Source of the DNA: the human T2T-CHM13v2.0 reference genome, Homo sapiens | Strand: one strand, 5' to 3' | DNA: 64,000 nucleotides | Assembly (NCBI RefSeq): GCF_009914755.1 | Contig: NC_060929.1 | Shown here: positions 45,073-57,879 of the stretch, piece by piece | How the letters are laid out: each line of letters begins with the position of its first letter | Numbering within the stretch: position 1 is the first letter of the stretch | Notes under the pieces: generated by a model | The model's database searches: none | Told to the model about the DNA's origin: nothing | What the model saw: the letters and a program-made list of their open reading frames with translations, nothing else | Made by a program: the position numbers and the translations under genes

Positions 45073-45844
45073 TCAATTCAGTAAGAGAAACCTAGCAGAA
45101 TGTGGGAGTGGCATGCACAGAGAAAGGGAATGAAATTGCCTGAGCACCTGCTACAAGCCAAGCACTGCATACACCAAATCCTCACACCATCCTGCAAAGG
45201 AGGTGTTCATGTCCCTAGTTTACAGATCAGGAAACTGAGTCACAGCAAAGCAGAATGGCTTGCTTGGGTTTCAGTTTCCTCATGTATGAAATTGCAGGAT
45301 TGAACTTGATGATCCCTCACATCCCATTTACCTCTAGGAGTCTGTGATTTCAAGAAATGCAAAGAAGCTGCCTCCACCACGCAGTGGAGGAGACCCATGT
45401 TCACCTTTACGCCACTCCCACCAGCTCGCTTGCTGTTGTGCGGAGCCAACCCCCGTGTCTGAAGCCCTCCCAGACCAAGGAGAGGTGTCTTCTGAGAAGC
45501 AAGAAACCTAATGGAAGTTTCTTTTGTCTCTCTCCAAATAAAATATGCCACAGATCTGAGCACACAGCTCAGACCCACTAGCCCGTGGATTCCCATGGAA
45601 ATGTGGCTCCCAGCCAAGCGGCCCCATATGCTGAGTGGGAGGCCCCCATACACACAACCAGAACAAACTTCCTGAGAGCCCCACAGGGCCACCAGATTTC
45701 TGTGTGCCTCTCCACAGCCCACCTGCCTCAGCCCTCCATTCCTCCCAGCAGGAACCCACAGTACCCACACTGCAGAGAGGATTTATGGAAGTGTCGGCCT
45801 GACCAATGTTAATTTCCCTTTCCTGACATTAATAACAGCAGCAG

Positions 45845-46090
45845 CAGCTACCATCTGTGCACCTTACCACGTGCCAAGCACCGTCCTGAGTGCCTTCTAT
45901 GGCATGCCTCTTTCAGTCCTCTCCACAATGCCATGCTCTGTGCACTATTATTATCCCTGTTTTACAGATGAGAAAACTGAGGATAAGAGGTTAAATAACT
46001 GGCCTAATCTCACGCCGCTAGTAAGTGATGGATTCAGAAGTCGCATCCAGGTTTTTCTGACCTGACAGCTTACGCTCATAACGACTCCCC
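45845..46090 (-). mobile_element. MIR
   Basis: ttattatccctgttttacagatgagaaaactgagg...gaggttaaataact. Confidence 0.85.
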
Positions 46091-46472
46091 CCAGGGCCTG
46101 GCACTGTGCCTGGTGCTCACCAAGGGCGTGACGAAAAGCCAGTATGTCCACATGGCAGGAGGACATGGAACTCTTCAATGGAAGAGTGGTGGATCACACT
46201 GAGCTCCGGGAGGACACTCACACGTGCCTGCGACCATGCTGCAAGAAAAGCAGGGAGGCCTGCACACAACACTGGGAAATGTAGCACGACCCTTGCTGAG
46301 GATCAGAAATGAATAGGGATGTGGGGTGGGTAGCAGTCCACTGAGCATCTTCTTTCCTGAGTGTCAATTTACTATACAGTCAAAATTTACAAGGTTCAAA
46401 ACATACAAGGGAATCATCTCCAGAGAAAGTCCTAGAAGGTAGGCTCAATGTATAGAAAAAAAGAGAAACTTC

Positions 46473-47170
46473 CATTCATTCACTCAGCAAACAATCTTGA
46501 GCACCTACTGTACACCAGTCTCTATGCAGGACATTCTCCTGGAGCACACAGTCTGTTGGGGTGAGACCCTGCATAGGGCAACTTCAAAATATATATGTCT
46601 TTAATGACTGTGATGGATTCCATGAAGGAAAAGCAAATTGTGAGCGTATTTGATGAAGAAATTTGATGGGGTCCTGCCAGACCTAACTGAAGACATTTAA
46701 GCAGAAACATGAAAGGTGAGTAGGAGTTCATGGAGCCAAGGGAGAGTGGGAGTGAGAAAGCATCACAGGGCGGAGGAAGAGCATGGGCAAAGCCCTGAAA
46801 TCTGAGTGCCGGAGGAAGGCTGGGGTGGCAGATGGAAGGTTGTTGCAAGGTGGGTAGGAGGAGATAGGCCTGAGAGACACAGGACCTGAGCACACACAGC
46901 TCTGGGGGCTGTGTTTAGGGTGTTTTATTATGTGTCAGGCACCGCGGCAAGTCACTAAGCTGGCGAGAGACAGGAGCAGTTTTCCATTTTGGAAAGACCA
47001 CACTGGCTGTTGTGCAGGGGATGGATGAGGGCTGTGGGAAGCTGGATGCAGAGAGACGAGTTATGAGGCTAATGCTTTCATCCAGGTGGGAGTGGAGGGT
47101 GGCCTGGAGAGGATGGTAGATTGAGGTGGTGGTGAGCTATGCACTAAGTCTGGTGACATTTTTGGTGGGA
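46473..47170 (-). mobile_element. L2
   Basis: cattcattcactcagcaaacaatcttgagcacctactgt...ttttggaaagaccacactggctg. Confidence 0.8.
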
Positions 47171-47613
47171 ATTGGGAAGGGGGAGTAGCAAATAGGATAG
47201 AGAAGAGCTGGAGCCCAACACCTTCTCATCTAGACCCTGCATAGCTCCAGGGGCAATGACCCAACATTGAGTTCTAGGAATGATGTTCCTGAGATCTCAG
47301 CCCCTCCAAACACCACTCCCCTATACTTGGAAAAAGCCAAGGGCAGCTCTGGGTGCCTGCTTCCCCAGCTTTCTCCCCGATGTGGGCTCCTTCCCCACTG
47401 ACAGCTAAGTGGCTGTCCTCAACCAGAGCTCCCTGGGGCAGGGGGAAGGAGGTGGCACCCCTGAGAGGAAAACAGGTGAAAATAAACCTCCCTCCCTTGG
47501 TAGAGGGGAAAAGATATATGTTGTCAAAGTGCTTCACAAAAGGGAGAAACAAGATATCAAGAGACAGGGAAATCCAGCCCAAACCCAGCCCAAATCCCAA
47601 ACAAATACTTTCT

Positions 47614-47847
47614 TTCTCTTTTTTTCTTTTTTTTTTTTTCTTGTTGTTCTTTAACTTATACTTTAGAATCAGGGGGTGCATTGCAGGTTTGTTACAAATG
47701 CATGATGCTGAGGTTTGGAGTATGAGATTTGGAGTATGAATGAACCCGTCACCCAGACAGTGAGCATAGAACCCAGTGGGTAGTTTTTCCACCCTTGCCC
47801 CCCACCCCCTCTCTTGTATTCCCCAGTGTCTATTGTTCCCATCTTTA
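47614..47847 (-). mobile_element. L1PA15/16-like 3' end (non-inverted part of a twin-primed L1)
   Basis: Poly-T, then gcaggtttgttac...gatgctgaggtttggagtatg...ccccagtgtctattgttcccatcttta. Confidence 0.88.
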
Positions 47848-47850
47848 GGG

Positions 47851-48063
47851 AGGCATGAAATCAATCCAGGTTTCCATCAGTGGTGGATTGGATAAAGAAA
47901 ATATATTATATATACACCATGGAATACTATGTGGCCATAAGAAAGAATGAAATCACGTCCTTTGCAGCAACATGGACACAGCTGGAAACCATTATCCTAA
48001 GTGAACTAACGCACAAACAAAAAACCAAATACCATATGTTCTCACTTATAAGTGGGAAATAAA
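47851..48063 (+). mobile_element. Inverted segment of the same L1 (ORF2 C-terminus)
   Basis: ORF 47880-48062 WIKKIYYIYTMEYYVAIRKNEITSFAATWTQLETIILSEL...KYHMFSLISG matches the L1 ORF2 end. Confidence 0.9.
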
Positions 48064-48989
48064 TGCTTTCTAATTAAATAAAAATCCTGATATTGTCAGA
48101 AATATATATCCAGTCATTTCTAAGTGCCATCGTTTATCTCATCTCAAACCGACTTTTCTGGGAGCATCCACAAGCACATTTACCCTTATCAAATGCTTGA
48201 ATTCAGAAAAGAAGAGGGAGCAATAACTCTACCTATGGGAGGTGTAATGCCCAGTGGAGCCAACAGCTAAGGATGAGCCCTCATGGCAGCCCCCAGCCCT
48301 CCATAAGCGCACCTCCGCTCATGCTTCACAGAGCAGCCCCCTGTTATCTCACCCCCACATCCACCCCAGGGCTACTAATGATGATAACAACTATAATTTA
48401 TTGAGCAGCTATTGAAAGCCAGACCAACATTTCAAATAAGCCTTGTACACCAGATGAAGGATCTAAGACTCAGAAAGGTGAAGCAACTCATGAGTGACTT
48501 AGTTAGGACTTGAACCCCAGGTCTGTCTGACTTCTGAGCCACACCCTAGCCACTTGGCTAAGCCTTCTACTGGGCCCCCTGGGCCATCTCTCAGGTACTG
48601 TTGGCTACATCAGCTGAAGGGAGTGGAGGGATGAAGGAAGGGCCGACAGTTCCCTCTTCAGCAATGAGAATGAGAATGATGGTCCTTACTTCTATCCCCT
48701 CGCAGACAGCAAGCCTTCTGTTGCCTGCTGGGCTGAAAAACAGAGAGAAACAACTGCAGAGCTAAAGGCCAAGGGTTCAGGTCCTGGGCCCCCTGAGGCC
48801 ATTGGAGTGCAGCTCTCAGAAGGGGAAGACCGTGGGAACCCCAAATCCAGGACTAAGGCTGACGGCTCTCCCTTCCCCTCTCCACCTATCTCTAGGGCTG
48901 ACTTCATTACCCTCCACTTCAAGCCTTTGGAGGGAAGGCCTACCCTGGCATGGTCTCACTGACCCCTAGGTTCCTCTAAGGCACAGAAA

Positions 48990-49170
48990 GGCAGTGGAGC
49001 ACCATGGTTAAGAGCAAGGTCCTGGAGTCAGACCACCAGGATTACAGCCTTAAGAACCTTAAGAAAAGCACTTCCCCTGAGTCTGAGTTTTCCCATCTGC
49101 GACGTGGGAATCACTGCATGAGGTTTATGTAGGAGATAATGCATGTAAAACCTGGCACCCGGCAGGCTGT
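48990..49170 (+). mobile_element. MIR
   Basis: atggttaagagcaaggtcctggagtcagacc...gagttttcccatctg. Confidence 0.75.
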
Positions 49171-52100
49171 GTCAGCCGGCCTCACACCTTCCACCCTGGA
49201 AGATGGTCCATCCATCTGGGAAAACGAAGTTGACAATGTCAGCCCTGCCAAGAGACCTTTCTGGGGGCAGCTGTACCCAAGTCCACATGCAAGATGGGGC
49301 TAAGCACCATCCCTCCACCTGACCGGCACAGGAGCCTCAGGCCTTCAGGATCACCCTCTCTATGCAACAGATGTGGAAATAGAGTCTCAGAAAGGTGAAG
49401 TGGCTTACCCAAGGCTACACAGTCAGTGAGGACTGCTCCGGGAATCAAGCCCTGATCCAGCACATATGCCATTGTTTCACACCCTCTGTTTGTGTCTTTC
49501 TATATGGAGCAGGCCAATGAGTACTTTGTCATTCAGTTATGAAGTCCATATCTTGGGCCAGAAACTATACTAGGCTCTGTCCTCAAAGATCTCACAGTCT
49601 TCTAGGGATAGATAAGCATGCCATAATGAACAGATGATTGCATTTGAGGGTAGAGGTACCTCACCAAGGGCCTGCACAAGGTCCCTTAGGGACACAAGGG
49701 AGGTAGCAATCAGCCCTGCTAGGGAAGGAGGGTCAAAAGCAGAGGCTGCCTGGAAGAGGGGCTGCCTGAGCCTCGTAAACAAATGTGTCTGGGAAGGGCA
49801 TTCCAAACCCAGGAATTTGAGGTCTACAACTGGAGTGACCACCTATGTCTTATGTTCCTGTCTCTATGGGTCTGTGGGGTGCCCTGGTCTACTCTTCTAG
49901 GATTCCCCCTAATTAATCCACAGCAGCAGTCCCCAGCTCTTTCCTCAGGCCACCTAATACTCACCTGACCAGGAGGCACAAGTTTCCACAAAGTGCCTAC
50001 CCTCCAAGAGGCCACAAAGGTCTCGGATTGCTCGGCTCCTGATACTGGCTCTAGAAGCCAATGAGGCTCAAGCAGCCTTGGCCTCAGCCTCATTTGGAAC
50101 CCTCCCTCACCTTGTATTCCCCTCCAGGGCTGCTTCTGGGCTGGGAGCTGGGGACCATGGTGCCACCTGTCCTGGTGATATCAGATTGAGCCCTACCACT
50201 TACCCCTAAGGGGCCTTCTTCTCCAGATGCCAGCTTATCTGGCTACTTCACTATTATCAACAACTACTATGATGATTTTGTAATGCTTCCTAGATTCCAG
50301 GCCACAGCAAAATTAAAATGAATATTCTGCCCAGGATCTGCATCTCACAGTAACACATTACCCCAGAAAGATGGTGGAGTCAATCTCCTTCCTAACCTTC
50401 CTTGACGGAAATCTTCAGCTCTTCCTAGGCTGTTAATATTTTCCTTTGGAGAAATAAAAGATCCTAAATGCTTCTACTCTGGAAAGCACAGATATTTCAG
50501 GATTATTTCAGGGACCAAATGTCTCTGTGGTAACAAGAGACTTTCTTCCCCTTCAAATGTGGGCCTGTGATAATGATTAAAACGATAGACAGGCTAGCTA
50601 CTTTCCAGCAATCTGCGAAGACTGCAGCAATATACCCCAAAGTGTCTCCAGAGAAAAAAGAGTGAGATTAAATAATTTGAAGATAATTTCTTCTGTGAAA
50701 AGAATAATGTTGCCATCAAAATGAAAACTCTTGTAATAAAACCAAATTATGCTGAGACTTTGGGAGCACTCTGTCTCTCTCCTACCATTTCGAGGCAGCG
50801 CTTCTACAAAAACAGTGCTGGAATTGTCAGCACAGGGTTTGTACGAGAGGCAGATAGTAAGGCAGATGCCCCCGCTGCCAGTCCCATAGACAGTGTGCTC
50901 CAACGGGATGGAACACATGGGCCCAGGTCTAATATTACATGCTAATCAAGCCAGCAAGAAAAAAACAGCAATTTGCTCCAGGGCCTAGGTCTAATATTAT
51001 GTGCTAATATTAAGTCCCAAGGTCTAACATTAACAGAAAGAGCCTGGTCAACACCTAAGAAGTCAAAACCAACCTCTCTCAGGGGCCTCAAGGGAATCAG
51101 ATCACCAGGATCATGAGAAACAGCAGCACTTATTTCTCTTCCCCAGTAGGGTCCAGTTAGGTGGGGTGAAGCTTTCCCATTTGGTTTGGTGTCTGCACAT
51201 GGAATAGACCCAGAGGCAAATCTATGTGTGTTGGATCCCAGAGGGCTGAAGGCAGAGAAAGGCAGGAGGTGGAACTTGCAGGGGAAGGAGAGAGACAGCT
51301 GACAGGATGCCTCCAGAACCAAATTCTGCCAGGCCAGGGATTTGGGCAAATCATCACCAAGGTTCCTCCAAAGAAAATTACATTTCTGTCCCAGCACAAC
51401 ATGCGAAAAGGCTGGAGATATTTTTTCTTTATATTTAAGGATATATTTGAGATAGTCCGACCTAAAACACAGGGACATATCACAGTGATTTTGGGAGCAA
51501 CATGAGGTGATGCCTCTTCGTCCAAAGCAGTTGAAACCAAAGTACAGCTATTGGCACCCAAGGGCCAGACCCTCAGGTAAAATGTTTCCATGAATAGTAA
51601 GACACTGCAGACACAGAAAACAAACAGGAGTGCTCAGTGTGGGTTCTAAACCAAAAATCAGGAACACAGACTCCCTGGCTTGCAGGATTTGGGTTGTGAT
51701 GGGCAGCTTCTAACCAGGCAGTGAGTAGCACTTACTACCTGATATTTAATAATTTATCTGAGCCTCAAAAGGGATAGGGGAAGGGGGTGTTGGTCTTTGC
51801 AACTAGCCAAACAGAGAGCAGTGAGAAAAGATGCAGAGTATGACCTGAAGCTTCAGTATGACCCGGCACCAAAAGGATGCAGCCCCAAAGAGAAGTCTCT
51901 TTCCTCACATGCCAGCTCCGCACTCTCCAGCAGCTGCAGGCTTCCGTGTGTACCTGACTTTCTCCCCACTCTGCATGTGACTCCTAGAGGCAGGTCTTAG
52001 TCGTCAAGGGATACCCAGAGCCCGGTGGGTAAACAATGAATAAATCTCTCAGTCTAAGGCCTGAAGCTGGTGAGGTTAGTGACTTTGCAGATCCCAGCTC

Positions 52101-52469
52101 TCCCATGCCCATTCCTCCCCTGCTCTGCTGAGCTCCCTGCCTCTTTCAAATTCTGCTCTCCAGAAGGGACATTTGCTTACTTCTCAGGCAAATTTATCTG
52201 CTCCAGGACTCCTGCGTTTTAAGCTGCGTGCCTGGGATGAAATATGTTGTTCCTACCTAAGACATGCCTAGCCTTTGCAGACTAGCAGAGGCGGGCAGCA
52301 GGTGGGGGGCGTGGAGGGTGCTGAAGAGAGATTGGGATTGAGATGGAAAAGCATTTGATTTAGTGCAAGTAAAACGTAGGGAGAAAGCAGGAAAAAGGCA
52401 GAGGAGCCTATAAGCCCCAAAACAAAGAGCATCACATCCCCTGAGGGAGAGACCAAGGAGAGGATTAAT

Positions 52470-52700
52470 CAAGGTTTTGATGCCACACAGACCTGGATTC
52501 CAATCCTACCTCCGTTTTTTACTAGCATGCAATTTTGGGCAAGTTACTTGACCATTCTGAGCCATTTCATCATGAGCACTATGGGGATGCTAATGCCAGG
52601 TGCTCAGGACTGTTATGAAGAGTAAGTGAGCTGGTGCAGATAAATTATTCAGGGGAGTGCCTGGCACACGGAAGAAATTCGAGAGCTGGTAGCTGTTAAG
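52470..52700 (+). mobile_element. MIR
   Basis: agacctggattccaatcc...ttgggcaagttacttgacc...gtgcctggcacac. Confidence 0.8.
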
Positions 52701-53575
52701 CTATTTGTACTTCTAAATCAAACAGGGGCCTCTGGTGTGCAAGTAAGGTATTTTCCTGTGCTACAGGGCAGAACTGACTGTGAAAATCTTTGAGATCCTC
52801 TTCACAGGAAGGCAAAAAAGCTTCTAGTATGTCCCTAAGATCTGGAAATAAAGGAGGAAGACAGCTCGAGGGGCACAGATGGCTTAATGTTAAGTCTGCT
52901 CACATAACACTACACGGGGTATTTCTTTTTTAATTTCCAACTTGAAAAAAATTGCAAATTTTACACTGTTACAGGGATGGGGGTTGGAGGAAAGAGCCAT
53001 AACTTGTTTCTGTTGCATGTAGTCAATTTCTACACTTTTAACAGTTGCAGCATATTCCTAGTATATAAAACTTCAAACCTCAGCCTCCGACATCTGGAAC
53101 ATCAGTACAATATATCGTATTTGCACTAGACAGAAAAACCCAAGGGCAAGTGCTTAAAACTGAAAGGGCAAATAAGTTTCATCCCTGGTGCCAACTCCAA
53201 CTGACTGGCAGGGGCAGCCTGGTGCCTTGTCTTGCAGGGGTCAGTAAGCCAGTGCCATCGCTGATTAGTGAGTGATGTGTGCCTTAGGCTCGGAATAGGG
53301 TACCAGAGGCTTCTTAATACATTTTTTTATATCAGTAGAGTCTATGCCAGTTCTCCAGACACTTAGGAAAACCAGTAATAATGACCACATTCTGCTTAAC
53401 AGTTGTGACAGCAAAGAGGGTGGCCTGAGGAGAAACACTGCAGTCAGGAGGAGGATGGCCCAATGCTTAGAGCCAATCAGGAGGAGATGGAAAACAGAGT
53501 TTGGACAATTGGAATATGATGAAAGTCATCTTAACAAATAGCCACTTTGATCAAGGCAGTCCTTAGAAGAAAAAC

Positions 53576-53675
53576 TTTTTTTTTTTTTTGAGACAGAGTC
53601 TTACTCTGTTGCCCAGGATGGAGTGCAGTGGTGCAATCTCAGCTCACCACAACATCTGCCTCCCCTGTTCAAGCG
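53576..53675 (-). mobile_element. Heavily 5'-truncated Alu (~100 bp)
   Basis: Poly-T, gagacagagtcttactctgttgcccagg...ttcaagcg; flanks gaaaaaac / gaaaaaaa. Confidence 0.9.
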
Positions 53676-53849
53676 AAAAAAATGTTTTTAATCAGCAAAT
53701 GTGGCAACGGGTTTTGCCTGAGAGAATAAAGAACCATTATCTGACAAATTTCCTAACTCTTTGCCATCCTTGTGAAAAAATTAAGACCAGATGGGGATAA
53801 GGAAAAGTGAAGACAGGTCCCTGTCACCCTCCCCAAACCTTCATGAGGA

Positions 53850-54020
53850 CTTTGGTTTAATTTCCAAATATTTGTGTTTTTTTTTCCAGATATACTGTTG
53901 CTATTGATTTCCAGTTTAATTCCACTGTGGTCAGAGAAAGCATTCAGCATGACTTCAGCTTTTTTAAATTTATTGAGACTTATTTGATGGCCCCAAATAT
54001 GGTCTGTCTTGTTGTACACA
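53850..54020 (-). mobile_element. L1 ORF2 endonuclease-domain fragment
   Basis: Translation DHIWGHQISLNKFKK...FSDHSGIKLEIN contains the L1 EN SDH motif. Confidence 0.85.
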
Positions 54021-54025
54021 TATAT

Positions 54026-54490
54026 TGTGGTAGATGGTTAAGATGGCCATTAATTCTTTACCTCCCAATGAAAGATGGAGTCTTTTTCTCCATACCTTGA
54101 GTCTGGGCTGGCCATGTGGCTTGCTTCAGCCAATGGGACAGTAGCAAATGCAACATAAACAAAGGCTCTAAAAGTGTTTGCACATTGGGACTTGACCCCA
54201 AGACTGCCATGTGAAAAAGCCTGAGCGAACCTGCTGGAAGATGAGATGATACCCTCTCCAATAACCGGCCCACCACCAGATATTTGAGTGATCCTACATC
54301 ATCCAGCCGTTAGCTGACCTGCTGGCTGAATACAGATGCATGAGCAAGCCCAGCAGAGATCAACCGAGCCACATCAGACCAAGAGAACTGCCCAGTCAAT
54401 CCTCAGAATAGTGAGAAATAATCAATAGTGATTGCTTCAAGCCAGTAAGTTTTGGAGCACTTTGTTATACCACAAAAACTAACAGATATG
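54026..54490 (+). mobile_element. MLT1H-like solo LTR
   Basis: tgtggtag...ccttgagtctgggctggccatgtggcttgcttcagccaatggg...ttgcttcaagccagtaagttttgg. Confidence 0.85.
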
Positions 54491-54904
54491 TGAGTATATA
54501 TGCATGTTATACAATACACATACACACAGACCTCAATTCCCCTTTCTCTCCTTTTTTCTACTTTGCATAGTATATACTGTGGTTGTATACTGTGGTTATG
54601 CATAGTATACACTGTGGTTGTTAATTTCACATTTAGGCTTCAGGTTATATGATATTAAGGAAGAATTGTCTCTAAACTAGAGGAGGGATAATGCCACCTA
54701 GAGATGCAGTGACTGATGACATTTGAAGCTTTCCCATCGTGGAAGAAGGGTAAGCACGTTTTAATTTTCACAGAGGATAGCTGTAACAGGTTAGAAAGGA
54801 GCCAGTTCTTGCCATGGTTGTTTAGGCGCATGGGAAGAAGGGTGTGTACGGAAGTTGAGCAGCCACATGGGAGGAATGTGGCAAACAACGAGGACGGATA
54901 GTTC

Positions 54905-55286
54905 CACAAGCATTCTACCCTGCTTCTATTACCAAGAAGCTAGAAAGCTAAAAACCACATTTCCAGACACATTTGCAGCGAGGGTTTCTGACTGCACTTT
55001 AGCTTCTGCTACTCAGATGCATTGAAGCGAAACAGAGTGGGCACTGAGGATTTGTGGAGTGCCCGTGTTCCTGGTGTAGACTGTGGCAAAGGTGGGGACA
55101 GGAGCTGTTTCCAGTTCTGCAGGTCCCTGCCTGGGGCAGAGGCAGCACACCGCTGGCACCCTAACTTGGCAGTATAGCTTTGAGAGCCATGGCAGCCTAG
55201 AGTGTGTTTCTTTGCCTCCCCAACAAATTCATAAGCCATTAAATATTCTGCTATATGTCCCTCTTTCTGCAACTGAACCCTGACTA
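54905..55286 (+). mobile_element. LTR33-like ERVL solo LTR
   Basis: gctagaaagctaaaaaccacatttccagacacatttgcagc...ctgcaactgaaccctgacta. Confidence 0.7.
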
Positions 55287-55439
55287 GGCAAGAACCAAGT
55301 CTACATTTACCAGATTAGACTAAAATTGAAAAGTTTCTCTTCCCACAAGCCAATAAGTGGGAAACTTGTGAGACAAATTAGAACTTTATTAGAGACTGCA
55401 TTTTTCTCTGCTCATATGACTATATTTTCATGTATGCCT

Positions 55440-55600
55440 GCCAAATACATATTATCTCATTTAATCCTTCCAACAACCCAACAAGTTAAGAACTATTGTT
55501 ACCTCCATTTGAAAGATGAGGTAGCAAACTCAGAGAGACTGTGTCCAGGGTTACGCTCAGAGCCAGGCTCATAACTAGACAGTGCACCCCCAGAGCCCTC
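55440..55600 (-). mobile_element. MIR
   Basis: tctcatttaatccttccaacaaccc...ccatttgaaagatgagg. Confidence 0.75.
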
Positions 55601-56373
55601 TTCACCACTTTGCTCTTTCGCCCCCGATTTTCCCCTCCCTGCTCTCTTGACCACCACTCAAGTCCTCAGAGCCCTTTGCTTCCCCCACTGTGGAAATGTG
55701 CTTGGGCATTCACACTGAGATGGGAATAACCACTGTGACTGTAACTTGGGCAGCAGGGGTGTTTTCATTTCACTAGCATCAACATCCTCCGTGGCAGTGA
55801 AATTGTATCTCCATCAGCCCTGACTTCAATGATTGAAATCCATAACTCTCCCCAGATCATCAACAGAATGTGTTTAGGTATGGGAACATCTGACAGGAAA
55901 CTGAAATATTGATGAAGATAAGTTTATAATATTTTTGACAAATAAGATGCCTTCTGATACTAGATTTTAGTAGAAACAAGTTGTCAAAGGATAACCAAAA
56001 ATTTGCATCAAAAAAAGATTAAAAATGAGGAAATGCTGTTTCTTCCGTTAATTTTTTCCTGTGGCTTGGGAGAATACTAGCGCCGAATGTTCACAGTGGA
56101 ACAGCATCTGTAGTAGATGCCAATTAATCTTTCAGGGGAAACAAATCTGTGAATGAGAGAACATGAAATAGCTCAGAATCATAAGGAACGTGGCCTTCAA
56201 CCTGAGATAGACACGAGTTCACATTCCTGTCCAAATCGTAGCTAGTTGCCGAGCCCCTGTGCAAGCTGTTTAACCTCTTGGAGCTTTGGTTCACTCATTT
56301 AAAGCGGGGGATAATAATGCCTGCCTCTTAGGATTGTCATGGGGATCACATGCTAAAGCGACAATCTGACTGT

Positions 56374-56560
56374 GGATTGTGGTGGTGTGTAACCCACATC
56401 CCCAAAGGCACTCACTCCTCTGGCCTGCTTAGAGTGTCATCTGCTAATACTCACAGCTGAGCTCCTCTCCAGAAACTGCCCTCTGCCAAAGGGAGCTGCC
56501 TCACCCACAGTTATATGACCTGTGGGGTTTCAGGGTGGGGGGATGCACATTCAGTGACTG
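56374..56560 (+). mobile_element. LTR16-like ERVL LTR, 5' part
   Basis: ctcacagctgagctcctctccagaaactgccctctgccaaagggagctgcctc. Confidence 0.7.
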
Positions 56561-57619
56561 TTTTTTACTTGAGTCATCATTTCCATGCCATAAAAAAGCA
56601 CCCTTTAAAATTACAATTCAGTGAGTTTGGGTATATTCACAAAGTTGTGCAACAACTGTCATCACTATCTCCAGAACATTTTCATCACCCCAAAAAGATA
56701 TCCCAGATACCCCAAGCCCATTAGCAGCCATCCCCTATCCCCTCGCCCTCAGCCCCTGGCAACCTCTAATCTACTTGCTATCTCTATGGATTTACCTATT
56801 CTGGATTTTCATATAAATGGATGCATGAACCATGTGGCCTTCTGTGTATGACTTCTTTTACTGAGCATGTTTTCAAGGTTCCCCCATATGGCAGCATGTA
56901 TCACAACTTCATTCCTTTTCACGCTAAATAATATTCCACTCTGTAAATATATGACATTTCATTCATCCATTCATCAGCTGATGAATATGTAGGGGTGTTT
57001 TTTCACTTTGGGGCTATGATGGATAATGCTGCTATGAAAAGTCATATACAAGTTTCTGTGTGGTCATGTTTTCAATTTTCTTGGGTATATACTTAGCAGT
57101 GGAATTGCTGGGTTGTATGGTAACTCTACATTTAACTTTTTGCAGAACTGCCAGTCCATGTTCCAAAGAAGGTACACCATATTATTTTCCCACTAGCAAT
57201 GTATGAGGATTACAATTTCTCCATATCCTTGCCAATATTTGTTATTGTCTTTTTTATTACAGCCATCCTAGGGGGTATGAAGTGCTATCTCACTGTAGTT
57301 TTTATTTGCATTTCCCTGATGTCTAATGATGTTGAGCATCTTTTCATGTGCTTATTGGCCACTTGTATATCTTCCTTGGAAATTAAATCCTTTGCCTATT
57401 TTAATTGGGTTATTTATCTTTTAACTGTTGCATTGTAAGAATTATTTATATTTATGGATACTACACCCTTATCAGATATATGATTTGCAAATATTTTCTC
57501 CCATTCTGTGGGTTTTCTTTCTACTTTATTGATGGTATCATTTGAAGCACTGAATTTTTTAATTTTGATGAAGTCTAATTTACCTATTTTTTCTTTAGCT
57601 GCCTGGACTTTTGGTGTCA
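56561..57619 (-). mobile_element. L1MB-like 3' region inserted in LTR16
   Basis: attcacaaagttgtgcaac...ccagaacattttcatcacccc...gatgttgagcatcttttcatgtgcttattggcc; minus ORF 57414-57620 KPTEWEKIFANHISDKG. Confidence 0.92.
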
Positions 57620-57868
57620 ATCACTAATTTTGCAAAGATACAAAGGGTTGTCTCCCTTGTGTCAACTCAGAACAACACTGAAAGGCCATCCAATTCCAGA
57701 GCTCCCCATGGAATTTTCTGAGGCCTCCGCTGCAGCTTCTTCACCCTCTGCCCTCTCCTGCTTCCCTCATCCCTTCATGGGTGTTATTGCCAAAAGCACT
57801 AACCAGTAATATTCTGCATGAAAATCTCAGCATCTCAGTCTGTTTCTTGGGGTACCCAACCTTAGACA
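57620..57868 (+). mobile_element. LTR16-like ERVL LTR, 3' part
   Basis: ctgaaaggccatccaattccagagctcccc...tctcagtctgtttcttggggtacccaaccttagaca. Confidence 0.75.
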
Positions 57869-57879
57869 CTTTTGATGTT

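Noticed and set aside
47274-47864. 196-aa minus-strand ORF
   Set aside because: Starts in L1 3' UTR, crosses the poly-A tail, and has no recognisable protein features.
50919-51034. Repeat-spacer-repeat pattern as a CRISPR-like array
   Set aside because: Only two good copies, irregular spacing, primate DNA, and no cas genes.
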